A DNA stretch of 64,000 nt from Seison nebaliae (taxonomy: Eukaryota). The DNA lies in the NCBI GenBank assembly GCA_023231475.1, contig JALJEE010002316.1, positions 62,001 through 126,000 of the forward strand. Direction: 5' to 3'. A model generated the notes under the pieces. The model was not told the DNA's origin. It did not search any database and saw only the letters and a program-made list of their open reading frames with translations. This document shows, piece by piece, positions 12,806 through 26,108 of this stretch. Every line of letters starts with the position of its first letter. The stretch's first letter is position 1. The translations under genes and the position numbers were made by a program.

Positions 12806-15800
12806 ATAAATGAAAGAAATTAATGGGATTCAACTGCTACATATCGTTCATCTTTCCATCCAAATAACGTTTCCTCAGATAGGAAATCCTCAGCAAAATA
12901 TACATTTATCTTTGGCACATTTTTCACGCTAAGTGAGTCGAAGACAATACGAAGAAAATCATTCACTTAACATAGTACAAATATTTCCGACAATCTCTTC
13001 TTTCTCATATACACTACTTTTCTCCCAAATAAAGCAAAGGAATTTAATAATGTTTTATAAAAATTTATCTTTTCGTTAAATATTCAATTAATGGTAATTT
13101 GTTTTCTTTTTATGTTCGATCGACCTTGCTGGTGGTAGTAGTAGGGGGAGAAATGGAGCCGGTTTGTTTTGAAATTTATTAAATTTCATTCTCGAGCAAT
13201 ACTTTAATAATGAGATGTATAAGAATAATATTTTGACTGGAAGAGATATGAAAGAAGTCATTTATTCTACTTCAATTCTACATGTACCGTCGCTTGAGTA
13301 AATTATAAAAGACCAATTAAAATGAGAATTTGTTCATGAATAACATCGGTATATGATGGTGGATCATAATAGAATTAGGGGGAGAAGGTCGAAATCAAAA
13401 AATTTATATATATAAATATATGGATGGATATCATAGTCACCGCTTGTTAAAGTGAGTAATGGTTTGAAATGTTTTATAGTAGAAGAGGAGGAATCAGTCC
13501 GTCAGGAGAAATTACTACACTTACAGGAAACCGATAAAAGCCAACTCTTAATCGATGAAGGATAATGGATTAGATTGAAACGATTATAAATTTCATACGG
13601 AGAAATCGTTTAATAATTCAGGAAATTTAATTGTTAAATATGATTATGATTGATAAATTAAATTAGTAAATGATAGAGGCGAAAGAAAGGAGTACTGTTA
13701 AGAAAGAAACTTTTAAAATAAATAAGACGCAGAGCACCATCATAAATCACTATAAGTGGTTGATTGATATACTGGCAATAAAAGAGAGATCAAGTAAATA
13801 GCATAGTCGGAAGGATTGACTAGAACGTGTCTGCTCTTCGATTATATAAGGATTTTTAACAGATTGTTCAATCGGCAATATTTCCATATTTTGATTTTTC
13901 TTATTCGCATTCAAATGAATTCATATACGATGAGTCTCCTTCTCATCCTTCTTTCTAGATAGGATTCCTTTGAGTTGTATGTACGAAACGAGTTGGAGTT
14001 ACCTTTCCCCAATAAAGCAAAATGGCATCGTTTATCTTATGTTCGAGATGAGGATGATAATGATGATGATGAAATAGTTGTGAGGGGATTGTAATTCTAG
14101 CATTAAATTTATTATCATTTTCTCATTTCCTTTTGTGTTTATCTTTCTTTCGCTATTAAGATATTCGTTGCCTATCTCTCTTTCTTCAATAAACGGCAAA
14201 ATTTCCAATCTGATTATATTCAGTTCCATTCTCATTCTTTTCCATTGCCAATATTATTTTATTCTTGTGCTAATTGCCATTATTATCATTATTATTCTCC
14301 GTTCCTCCCACCGATCTTTTGGATTATTGCTCGATCGGTATTTCTCCTACAGATTTATCAGCGTATGCTCGTCATCTCACATCAACACATTCTAATCGGG
14401 TTCCTTCCGTTCGCACAATTAGCCATCTCGACGGCTGATCGGAATGGCAAGTTGTTTTCTTCAAAAACGAATTAATTTTTAATACTCTCATTTACAATCG
14501 ATTAGTTAGTTTACTATTACTCCTCTTATTTCTTACATTTGTTACAAGAAAATAATAACGATCCGCATCTGTTAACATACATTCTTTCATTATCTGCATT
14601 CTGTTCGAAGAAAAATAATGATAATCGATCGATCACTTGCACAGAAATTCTACTGAAATATTTACTGTGGCAGACTATATAAACAGGTTCCATTTCAACA
14701 ATTTTTGTCCATCATAGCCCCTTCTATCTCACACTCTCCCTTTCTCTGTTTCCGTGTAGGGAGAGAGGAAAGAGCGATGCATCATCTATCCAACATTAGA
14801 TCAACATGTAACTTCTTTAATTGAATGCATTTTAAATAAAGAACAATTTAATTCATTTTCACTCACACAACTTTCATCACTTGAATTTTGTTCGAGGTTC
14901 CCCCCAAAAAAACTTAATCACCCCATTATTCTCTATCAATCATTAAACTTTCACTCACTACTTGTCGTCCCAATCTATTAATCTTCGTCGAATTCCTCCC
15001 AGTCAATATCCCAGTCCAAATTTACCGATTCGTCTTAATCGATCGATTAGTGGAATGATTCGAACTGAAAACATTAGAAATCAGTCCCTTCTTTATTGTT
15101 AATACAAAGACTTTTTTTGGAGACATATAAAGTAGTATAATGAATGAAAGTATTCTGATTTGTAATATCAATTATTATACGACCAAATGAAGTCATATTA
15201 GGGAGAAGTATATATCTCATCTTTTTTATATTAATCAGAATAAGAATATATTGATTGAAGCATAATAGACGTTCAAGGCAAATATTCAAGATGCCGCTTA
15301 TCGTTCTATCCATTATTAATATTAATGAATTTTCTTATTCATATTCGGAACCTTATCATGATCAATATTGTTATTTGCCTTTTTATCAAAAATAATAATG
15401 GTAGCAAGACCTGATACTGTTATTCTCCCAATTTAATCTTTCTTCTTTTTTTTACTTCAATTATTTCATAATACTACCAACAATTATTGTAAGTTCATTC
15501 CTTCTCCTCAACTGATACAACCCAATTCAATAAACGTAAGAGGCCAAACTTCCCTACTCATTCTCTAATCGACAATTCTCATCTAGACATTCTTTTCGAT
15601 AAAAATTAATTTATTCGTAATCGAATTCGCTTTTTGGGAGATTTCTGGACGGGATGATTTCTAAAAATAAACACATCTCAACTTCATTTTTTCTCGTCGA
15701 TTATTATTCATATCATATTTTCGGTTTTTTAAGTCTTCATTCATTTAATAGATTAATCTCTTCCATTTTCCGCATAGACAATATGTTGCAATGTTCAATG

Positions 15801-15973
15801 TTCTTCCATCTCAGTAAGTCATCTCTGCAACATTAACAACATCTACCGATGAGATTGAACTTACCTCCAGAAAGAGATGTTTGGAAGAATTTCGTTCAAT
15901 CAAATAAGCTCAATTTTTTTCAATACTACAAGATTATACGTGATAATTCTCTTTATTCTTCAAACCGAATCAG

Positions 15974-16408
15974 ATGTTCCAGTCATTCGTTTTAATATTG
16001 ACAATGTTATCGATCATTAACCAATCTTCATCTGTTCAAAACCATTTAAACAACGATCGATCATCATCCAACTTATCACAAGTTATATCGACACTTTCAG
16101 ATTCATTCACCAGCATTTCTCCTCGTTCATTGTAGTACCCTCCACCAATCTCGATTTTCGAAGACGCAATGTATCGTCGCATGAGATCTCTTAATACTGA
16201 TTATTATTATTCAGCTGAGCCGACACGTTCAGCGAAACTTGGTTTCGACAACGACGGTGACGGAGAGGTCGACGATAGCTACAGTATTGAATATGCATTA
16301 TTAAACAATCTTCTGAAAGACTATCAAGATTTCGTTCGACCAGCCGCAAGACATGATAAAGCCGTCAATGTTATATTTGGCTTATCGCTCGCTCAGATTA
16401 TTGATGTT
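15974..16408 (+). CDS. Alternative 5' exons (isoform A) of the nAChR alpha gene: 15974-16081 and 16136-16408
   Basis: Signal-peptide-like MFQSFVLILTMLSIINQSSS. A 54-nt GTT..TAG intron removes the in-frame stop. The second exon ends EYALLNNLLKDYQDFVRPA..FGLSLAQIIDV|GTTAGT in phase 0, which matches the acceptor at 22770. Confidence 0.75.
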
Positions 16409-19400
16409 GTTAGTCTTTCCTTTAACTTAATTGAAAAAAGAACGTAGTTCTACCTTCGCATCATCGTAATATGTTGTCTAAGGAAAAAAATGTTTTGCGC
16501 ACATTTTGTGCACAAAAAAACTTTTGCGCAAAAATTGTCAATATTGTTCCTGGAACATTTGGTGCTGGAAAAAATGAAGATAGCTGAACTTGTACTCTTT
16601 ATGGAATGGGAAATTTAATATGTTTAATTGAATAATTACGTTTTGTGATGGAAAACAATCACGAATCCTTACCTCGAACATTTCTTATTGACGGATCAAA
16701 ATGAAGGAAAAGGTAATTGATTGCTGATAGCAGAAGATGGAATTATAATAATTGGAAACTGGAGAAAAAAAATAGATGATGACTAATATGTTTATCTAGT
16801 CAATATGCCAGTAAAATCGTTTCAGACAATATTAAAATGATTATTGAATAATTCTCGACATATTTCAAACAATATGCTTTATTACTCATAGGTCGACAAA
16901 ACAATCATTCATTTCTACTTCATTTCTTCCTAATTCATTTCTTTCTAATTCATCGAAACATCATCAAATACCATTTTCAACGACGTCTCACATTTTTATT
17001 TCTATTTTTTATTTCCATTATTTAAGATTACTCAATCTATACATAGGGATCATGACGGAAACGTTTCATATGTGAAGTAGTTCCTTCTTCTTTTAGTCGT
17101 CGTCATTCGTTCCATTCCAGCACTTTAGAAGTAACTTCAAGTCATCTAATTTCTCTTCCATATCCAACCATTTGGAATGGAAGGGAATTTGTCGATTTTA
17201 AGGAAGATTAATTATAAGCAAATCCAAAAATCTGCTCGATCATTCCAAATTGATTATTCGTTCTCGTCCCTCCCCATCAACTTACGGTTCATATACGACG
17301 AAATAGAAAATCCTTCAGCCACGGATCGTGTGATCAATCCACTTTCCAATTGTTCCATATCATCACGTAACATTCACTTCTTCACAAAATTTATTTGACA
17401 TATTCGAAGTATAATGCGTCAAGCTATTTCCCAATAAATATTTAATAATTCCTATAAGTCGTTTTCTCTTCTGCACATTCGTCCCATTAGATTGAATAGC
17501 GAAGACTCATAAAGATCTCTCTTCGATTTATTGATTGATTCATTCGAATTTTACAGGAATCACTTTCGTGGAAATTGATGACTGATGGAAAATGGGGAAA
17601 CCTTTTCTCTTTTATATTCCGAACAAATTCATAAAATAAATTTCTAAGAAATTCAAAAAATTGTTTTGATACTATTATCATATTCTCAAATTTTCATATT
17701 TCCAAAATCTCTTACAAATTGTTTAATGTCAATAATGTAGTAATTGTGCGGAATTAGTTTGTTCTTTATCGTACCTGGAATAATGTGAGAAAGACATTGA
17801 TAGACCATTCCAGTAGAATATTCCACTTTCTGTAACATCTGTATCTTATTTATTATTTGAGGAGTCATCAAATATTATCCAAATTATTTATCTATTTGTA
17901 AAGAAAAAATTAAAAATTCATTTTCTAAACCATTCTGTCTACCATCTCCTGATGATTGGAGAAGATTCCTGCAAAAATTCTCCTTTCTCCCAAATAGAAT
18001 TACATGGAAATATTTGCACTACATATGGTTAATTTGTAGAATGTTTGAAAATTAACTATATTATTTTAAACTAATGTAAATTAGCACGTCATAAATTTAT
18101 TATTGTATATAATTTTCATGGTTCCAAAATTCCATAAAACAAAGATTGAAAGTAATTTAAATATTTATTTAATTTAGTCGTTTTGTCCATATAAAAGTAA
18201 CAGAATATTCTCCTGGTAAACATTCTCTCGTTGTTAATTTTAGGGGAAAATTTATAAATTAAAATTTAGTTTCAATGAAAATTTCGTTGGCAGATTGAAA
18301 AAGTAGTTTAAAGTGAGTCAAAAAAAGTAGATATGAGAAAACAGTTCTGAAACAAGAAAAATTTGTATGAAGAGTTTGTTTAGCTTTGGACTTGGATATT
18401 TTGTTTCGGAGATCGTTCTCCTCATCGTTTTCCAAGTGAATATGCAGGTTGTGGGCATGGAAGGTAGATGAGAGATGATTCGTTAACGAACGAGAATGAA
18501 AACGGAATTTCTTATCTAAATCGCCCTTAGCAATAATTTATTATGTTGTAAGGAAATGACAAATATTCTGGGAGTGGATACCTTATGACGAAATAATTCA
18601 TTAAATAATTAGTTGAAAGCCTGATAAGAACATCAGGGGAGGCTCTGCAAATCCTCAGACATTACTTAATAGTAAAGGAAAGTACCGGAAATTTATTTAA
18701 TATTAATTTCATTCTTTTTCCCATTCGTTCTGATGAACAGCATTTGTATCTGTTGACGAAATTACTAGGCAAATCAAATTATGTAAAGCGGATTGAAACA
18801 ATTAGAAGTTTAGTCCGTGTGAGAAACTAATGAGTTTCTAAGGCACTTGCAGCTTAAACTCTTCTATATATCAATGTTAATTAATCGACTGAACGTATCT
18901 CAACGGATCTAATTATGTTATATAACGACACATCATTCTCTGTCGTTATAATTAGCTAGCATAACAAGATTTGGAAGAGAAACCCAAAGAAATGTTCCAA
19001 CTGGAGAAAATAATCCATTTATAATATACCACTCACAATTGGGTGTGTGCAAGATTAAATAATTCATCTATTGTTGAGATTAGTCAACATATTGATTTGG
19101 TTGTTAGATGTCAATATTGATTATGAATATTCTCCTCACAATGTTTATATTCTTACCTAACAAATGGAAGTGTAAGTGTGCACTGTTATCGTACAAATGC
19201 ATCTGACCTTGGCGGGAGAAAATCTTAAGAAGTTTCAAACTATTTGAAATCGATTCATTTTTATCATTCTTCACGTTGTTTATTCGTTTGAAAATGCTGA
19301 ATAAATGTAATTTGGAAGGGAGAATGTTATTGAATGAATTGGAAGAATTTGACGCAGGGGCGGCAGTATGGGAACATGGCAGATGGCGGAGGAGACGGAG

Positions 19401-19670
19401 AAATCTCCAACGTGTAATTTCCTTTCTAAGAAAAAAACAAGTCAGATTTGTTAGAGAGATTGGAGGAGATTGGAGGAGAAAATGATGGGTGTTCTCGTAC
19501 AATCATTCTTTGACTGATGGAGCCAAATTTGTAATGATTGTCCTAAATGAAACGTATTCGACCAATTGATAATTTGTATTATTTGGGGAAAGATGTGTGT
19601 GTTGTTATGGGAGTATGTCGAAACAACTGTAAATTGTCCAGTGGAGCATTATATGTATGAATAGTCAGAA

Positions 19671-19694
19671 ATATATATATATATATATATATAT
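19671..19694. repeat. (AT)n microsatellite
   Basis: Directly visible AT dinucleotide run in the long nAChR intron. Confidence 0.9.
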
Positions 19695-21970
19695 CTGTGT
19701 GTCGGAGAGGATTAAGGAATATTCGATTTCTCCTCCAAATCTTCAATGTCACTTGATATGTTGGTGAAATAATTGTTCAAATTAAGTACTTACCTATTCA
19801 TTCAACTAACTGCAATTCGTTTTATATCTATATAAACTGCGAGAATGTAGCTTGTTGGAGGCATCTATCTAGTTGTGTGGATTGGTGAATCAGTTTCGTC
19901 TATCCATCTACCTAACCGTCTACTCATCTTCCTATCTTGCCTATCTAACTATTTATCTACTTATTTGTTCTTGGAACAATCCTCATTTTCTTTTAGTCGA
20001 ACACAATTATAAGAAATCAATGAAGGACAATTCGTTTAGTCGTATAATTCTCATATCTCCATAACATTCTCATACACGTACGATTGGTGGAGGCAGATGC
20101 AAATCAGTGGAAGACACAGACGTTCCTTCCACCTTACTGGAGAGAAGAATGTTGCAATGTTTTCGAATTTGCGTTTTCACGTGTATGACAGATTTTATGG
20201 GGGGGAAACGAAAATAGAAAAGAAAAATTGATTTGAAAAGAAGAAACTATCTATTCGACGTATATGTACGTCGTTCTGTGAGATAATGTGAAGTAGCACG
20301 ACTAACGTAAGATAGTTAAACAAGATACAGCAATTACATAATGAATATATATCTCAATTCTGACTCGTGCACGAGATTTATTCCCTACCTATCTGATCTT
20401 CTTTGTCTCTCTCGATCTGGTAGTCTGATATGGGCGAGTTGTAAAATTGTCGATTTTAAGGATAGCACTCAATTTATTTTCTTATTGCCACTGCCTCTCT
20501 TCTCCCATCATTAATTTTATTTCAGAGGAATAATAGCAATAATTAATGTTGGATAATGTTTCAATGTTGTTATTGTCATTTTCTTTCTTTCTTTCACTTC
20601 ATCCCAACCAACAACCGTTATCCCGTTCCATTCAATTTCCTTAATTCTGTCATCTGCATTCATTCTTTTATCAATTGCCACTCTCGTACTACTCTCCGTT
20701 TGACAATTGGAAATGTATATGAGGAACATAAACCGATTCTCTAATCGGCAACTAAGGCGAAAGTTATATGTCGGCTGATTAGCAGAGGGGAAGATGGTGT
20801 GAATTAGTCCCTGCTCCCTTCCTCCATCAATCCAATTTGCCAATTTATAATTTGATTCATCGATGTCCGATAAAATAAACTTCTCCTCACACTACAACTG
20901 ACGCTATCCACTTTTCATAATCATCTTATCAACCTCGACTTATCTGCACTCGTCTTCTCGAAGGTTAGTTGAATTGATTGATGATAACTGGAATGACTAT
21001 TCCAAATGGTTTTCTTCCTCCACCATTTCTCCCCCAATATTCATATCAATACATTATTTTTTCGGGAAAATTATCTCAATATCATTCCTATTCGTTTTTT
21101 GCACATAATTAGAGAAAGAAATCATTTAATTCATTATTCATCATAATCCTCTCGGAGAGAATGATATTTACGTAAGTATTCCTGGTCTTCCTGAACTGGT
21201 GGAATGATTTCTATAAAACTCGTTATTAAATCAAATTATTGTCAGTCTTCTTCTCATCTTTGCCTTTCTCAACTTCACCAAATCATATCTATTATACTAT
21301 AAAATATATTTACATTTCTCCGTCCCTCCCTCCCATTGTCAAATAAGACCATGTTGATTCCATCTTTTCATCATTTCCCTTACGCTGGAGAACTGTTTGT
21401 AGTAAAAATTGTACGTCGAAGTTCGTTCAGTTCCTTCTTTCGAACGATATAAAATCACGTCTTTAAATTAATAGCAAACTAATATTGGAGGATGAAAGTC
21501 AATATGGAAATGATATTTGCCGATTTCAATTGATATGTGCGTCGTACACCTGATGAGAATGATGAGAAATGCCTTAATTCAACTTGAACAAATCTTCTAA
21601 TTTCAGATAATCATATTAATAATTTTTGATGGACGCACTCAATTTTTGGATATATGACATATGTTTCTCCCCATCACTTCCCCATCACTAATTCTCGTTG
21701 ATTTGACGTTGATTCTTCGGTTAAATAAATTGGCTAAATTAAAAGTGTTCGCTTTCTCGAATTTGTTATGTAAAATTAATTTTCTTAAATAATAATAACG
21801 TGAGAGGACGGTGTTTTTCTCCGAAAAGTTTCGTGTGTGCAGTGTTGATGCAGATAAATAAATTAAATATTAGGAATATATTATCAAATTGAGCGAAGAA
21901 AGTATTAGTAGAATTACAATCAAATTATTCATATATCTTCATGTGTCCCCGATGAAGGATTGATGTGTCG

Positions 21971-21994
21971 ATATATATATATATATATATATAT
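21971..21994. repeat. (AT)n microsatellite
   Basis: Directly visible AT dinucleotide run upstream of nAChR exon B. Confidence 0.9.
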
Positions 21995-22384
21995 GATATA
22001 TCGAGAATGCGTCGACATCGGCTTTCCAAGAACCTATAAACATTTTTTACTATAAAAAAAGATTGCCAGAGATTGATATTTCATTTGAAAGAAAAGGAAG
22101 AATCTTGAATCATAATCGATTGTATAGTATCTTCGCTCTCAAGTATATGTCCAATACAATGGTGTAATTGTGCACGTCGCCAGGGAGCGATATTGAAGGC
22201 TGCTAGTACTCGACGGAACAAATAGCCGTCGGAATTTATGAAGAGGTATTTATTATTACCTCAACCTATTCATCCAAAATCATTGTACGAAGCCCATGCC
22301 AATGACTCGTTTACTCTCCAATTTTTCTTCGTACTACCACAACCTACAACATTGTCATCAATTCCATGCATTCAATTTGCACAT

Positions 22385-25300
22385 ATGAGACGACAATGTT
22401 TTTCTGTTACTTTTGCTATTGGAAACAATTTTACATCTTCAATCATCATACATTCACTCTATTGTCTCCTCTTTCTGATGATAACAAGTCCGATTGCTGC
22501 CAACGAAATGGAAAGGAAACTCCTCGATCGACTTCTCGAGAAGAAGTATTATGATCGCGACATTCGTCCCGCCCTCCGACACAATCATTCAACTATCGTC
22601 GTCTTTGGATTAGCATTAGCCCAAATTATCGATGTCGTTAGTTACGAAAAATCAGATTTGTTTATTGCGGAAAGAAATTTTAAAAATTTGGAATATATTA
22701 AAATTTAAAATAATTTAACCTTAAAATTAGTCACATAATTACATTGTTAATTGTTGTTTTTGTTTGAAGGATGAGAAGAACATGATAATTACAACGAACG
22801 GATGGTTAAACCAGAATTGGATAGACCATAAACTAAGATGGAATGCCAGCAAATATGGTGGAATTAAAGAACTTCGCATACCGGTTGAAAAGATATGGAA
22901 ACCTGATATTATTCTCTATAACAAGTTCGTGGATAATCTGTTTCTGATTTAATCTCAAATTCTAATTGTAGTGCTGATCCAATGGCGAAAATGTCGACCG
23001 TTTCCACTAACATGATCGTCACGTACGAAGGTAATGTCACTTGGTTATCGAGTGTCATCTTCAAATCATCTTGTTCGATCAATGTGCAGCATTTTCCGTT
23101 CGATCGACAGGAATGTCAATTGGATTTCGCTTCTTGGACGTACGACACATCATTCATCAACATTACATTGGCATCGGAGAAAGGTGACATTTCAAATTTC
23201 ATGAAAAACGGTGAATGGCATCTCGTGAATATGACGGTGAAGCGAGAGAATAAAATGTTTTCATGTTGTCCCGCACCATATTCGATGATGCACTACAACA
23301 TCATCATTCAACGAAGACCATTATTCTACGTATTCAACATGATCTTCCCCTGTGTCGTCATTACATTAGTCTCATTTCTCGGCTTTTGTCTACCACCCGA
23401 TAGTGGCGATAAAGTGAACATCGGCATAACAACTCTCTTATCCATCACCGTTTTCTTGATGTTAGTGGCGGAGAGTATGCCTCCCACATCCGAAACTTTG
23501 CCTTTAATCGGTTATTCTAGATTTTTTCTCATTTATATAGCATGTCATCATTTATCATTTAAATTATATTATATTATATCTATTTATAATTATATATTTA
23601 TAATTATTATTTATAATCTATTTCAGGCGTTTATTATGGTATCACGTTGATTATCGTTTCATCAGCGACGACATTCGCTGTCGTAACGTTGAATGTGAGT
23701 TATAAAGGTCATGAAGGAAAACATCTATCATCATGGGTGAAAACGATCTTCTTCCATTGCATTGCACCCATCTTATTTATTAAGTTAACTTTACCCGATA
23801 GTATCGGAACACCGGTTAGTAAGTCGATTTAATTCGCTTCTGTTCATTAAATCCGTTTTCATTGTGTTCGTTCCGAAATGTGTTACCCAAATATGTCATA
23901 ATTTGTGTTAAAAATGGCAATGGTTCATCCTAAATATTATCATTTTAGTACTGTATATTATGTAAAGTTTGAATTTTCTTAAACAACATGAAATTGATGA
24001 GAATAAACTAAAATTTTTAACTTGTTGTACAGCCGAAACCGAAAGTGGAAAATCTTATAGATCTCTCCAAACACAAATATCACGGCGAGGACGAAAACGT
24101 TTCGAAATGTCTCAAATATTTCGAACGAGTTGGCGTCACTTCAGTATGTGTCAGTTGTTGGAAGAAACATGTGAAGCACAAGAAATATTCAGGCAATCAA
24201 ATATCGAACAATCGATATTCGAAGCCTAAATCATATCATGAAAATTTCCATCAATATCAATCCGATGATGAGAATGACGAAGATCTCGATGATGTCACAT
24301 CAACGAAACAATTGCACCTTCACAATAACGATTATTCCAAAAATAAATCGAACAATCCCCAATCGACCGATTCAAGAAATTCAAAAATTTTGCACTTGAA
24401 AAATTCGAATAAACTCCTAGAAAATGTTTCATTGGATGAAACGAAAATGTCCAAACTTCAACAACAACAACAACATCATCACCATCTTCATCATCATCCA
24501 CAACAACAACAACAACAACAACAACCATTTGTGGGATTTAATACGACTTCGTTTACTAATTTCAAGACGCAAAACTCACCGAAAAACCACCAAAATATTT
24601 CTTCGAGATATTCGATGAATGAAAGTGCAAATTCTACTTGTTCCGTCAATGTGATGACCCCGACGATTATGCAGAACATAAATAATACGAATCCGAAACA
24701 TTATCAGAATTCACAATTCCATCGTAATATGATTAATCGATATGCTTCCGATGTCAGTCATTCATTTACTGACGGTCGTAGTAATTCGTTGGCACGAAGT
24801 AATGTCGATTTGAGTGGTCATCAACAATTTTCGAGAAAGAATGATAATTCTGCCTATATTGGAGCGAAGTTGTTATTGCGAGCTACGAATTGTCATCGAA
24901 AGGAACCGCAACAAATTAAATTCAATATCGAATCTGATCGAAGTGAGTCACGTGACGCAAATCATATTCAATTGTTAAGTCATCGGAAACATAATCGAAG
25001 ACAGAAAGTAACTTCCGATAACGTTTCCAGAACAACTGACGATGCCAATGCTTTGTTATTAAATACGAATAATTCAAAAAATATTAAAAAACCAATACCA
25101 TTGATAGCGATGAGTTCCCGTATCAGAAATTCTGATGTCGCTATCGGATTAGGTGATGTTGAAAGAAACGAATATAATTTATTGCCGAAGAATGTGGAGA
25201 AAGCGAAAACAGATAATAGATATTTCTTACAAGAGACTAATTGTTTAGACAATGCATTAACATCGACGATAAAGAATGTGGAGAAATTGTCATCGGGTGG

Positions 25301-26006
25301 GAAAGGTGGGAAGAGAGCGTTGAAAATCAATACGGCCTATTCCTCCCAAAATCCCAGTGACTTGCACCAAAATACATTGACAAAATATCAGCAAAAGAAT
25401 CCGTCGCAATCCAACGAAGGTGTAGCGATGACGATGTGCAATCATGGGAATAATGAATGTCTCCAAAAGACTTATCAATCGAATGGTGAGACTGATGGTA
25501 ATTACGAATTTGAAAATGGCACATGTATTCAGAATGATTCATTATCCAATTCGGATTATATGGATAATTCTGATAATGAGGATGGTCGTAACATCAAAAT
25601 TCGACAACGACATATGATCTCCAAATCTCCTTCATTTTATAATTATACGAGAATGGATGACGGTTCTTGTCATCGTTATAATGCGACATCATTCACTCCA
25701 TATATGCCATCGGGAGGCAACAAGTACAAGATGAAGAATCGTATGACAGCTTCTGCTATCCTTGAACAGCAATTTGCCTATGTACTTTCCAAAATCCATC
25801 AAACGATCGATAAGAATGAAATTCGATTAAGAGATCAAGCGAAAAGTGAAGAGATTAGAACAGAATGGAATCAACTAGCATTAGTTCTCGATCGAGTCTT
25901 CCTTCTACTCTTCCTAACATGTACTGCCCTCTCATTCTTTCTCATTCTCATGACATCACCTCATTTCACCTTCGCTGCTTTGTACAGTGGACAGTTATAC
26001 GATTGA
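22385..26006 (+). CDS. Nicotinic acetylcholine receptor alpha subunit (alpha7/alpha9-like), isoform B: exons 22385(or 22238)-22636, 22770-22924, 22972-23510, 23627-23814, 24033-26006
   Basis: IWKPDIILYN (loop A), Cys-loop CSINVQHFPFDRQEC, WTYD (loop B), vicinal CC, M1-M3 (PPDSGDKVNIGITTLLS) and EWNQLALVLDRVFL before M4. All junctions are GT-AG and phase-consistent. Confidence 0.93.
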
Positions 26007-26108
26007 ATAGACGAACAGAATTCACTTCGTTGCTTCTCTCCAAATAAAATGACTTTATAATTTCTCCAATTATCATTTATTTTATTCTTTTTCGTTTGAT
26101 AAATTAAA

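Noticed and set aside
16133..16135. In-frame TAG between signal peptide and nAChR exon A, suggesting readthrough or a reassigned stop codon
   Set aside because: It is the acceptor of a 54-nt GTT..TAG intron. Long ORFs (RPB1, KANK) contain no internal stops, and TAA, TAG and TGA all terminate genes here.
20257..20375. Short palindromes (CGACGTA-TATG-TACGTCG, CTCGTGCACGAG)
   Set aside because: Too short and isolated to exceed chance in 64 kb.
19104..20843. ORFs of 60-130 aa inside the long nAChR intron, possible nested gene or third alternative exon
   Set aside because: No LAQIIDV-like sequence or known motifs; composition fits chance ORFs.
24295..24679. Antisense poly-Val and poly-Cys ORFs
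   Set aside because: Shadows of the (CAA)n/(CAT)n polyQ/H tract in the nAChR loop.
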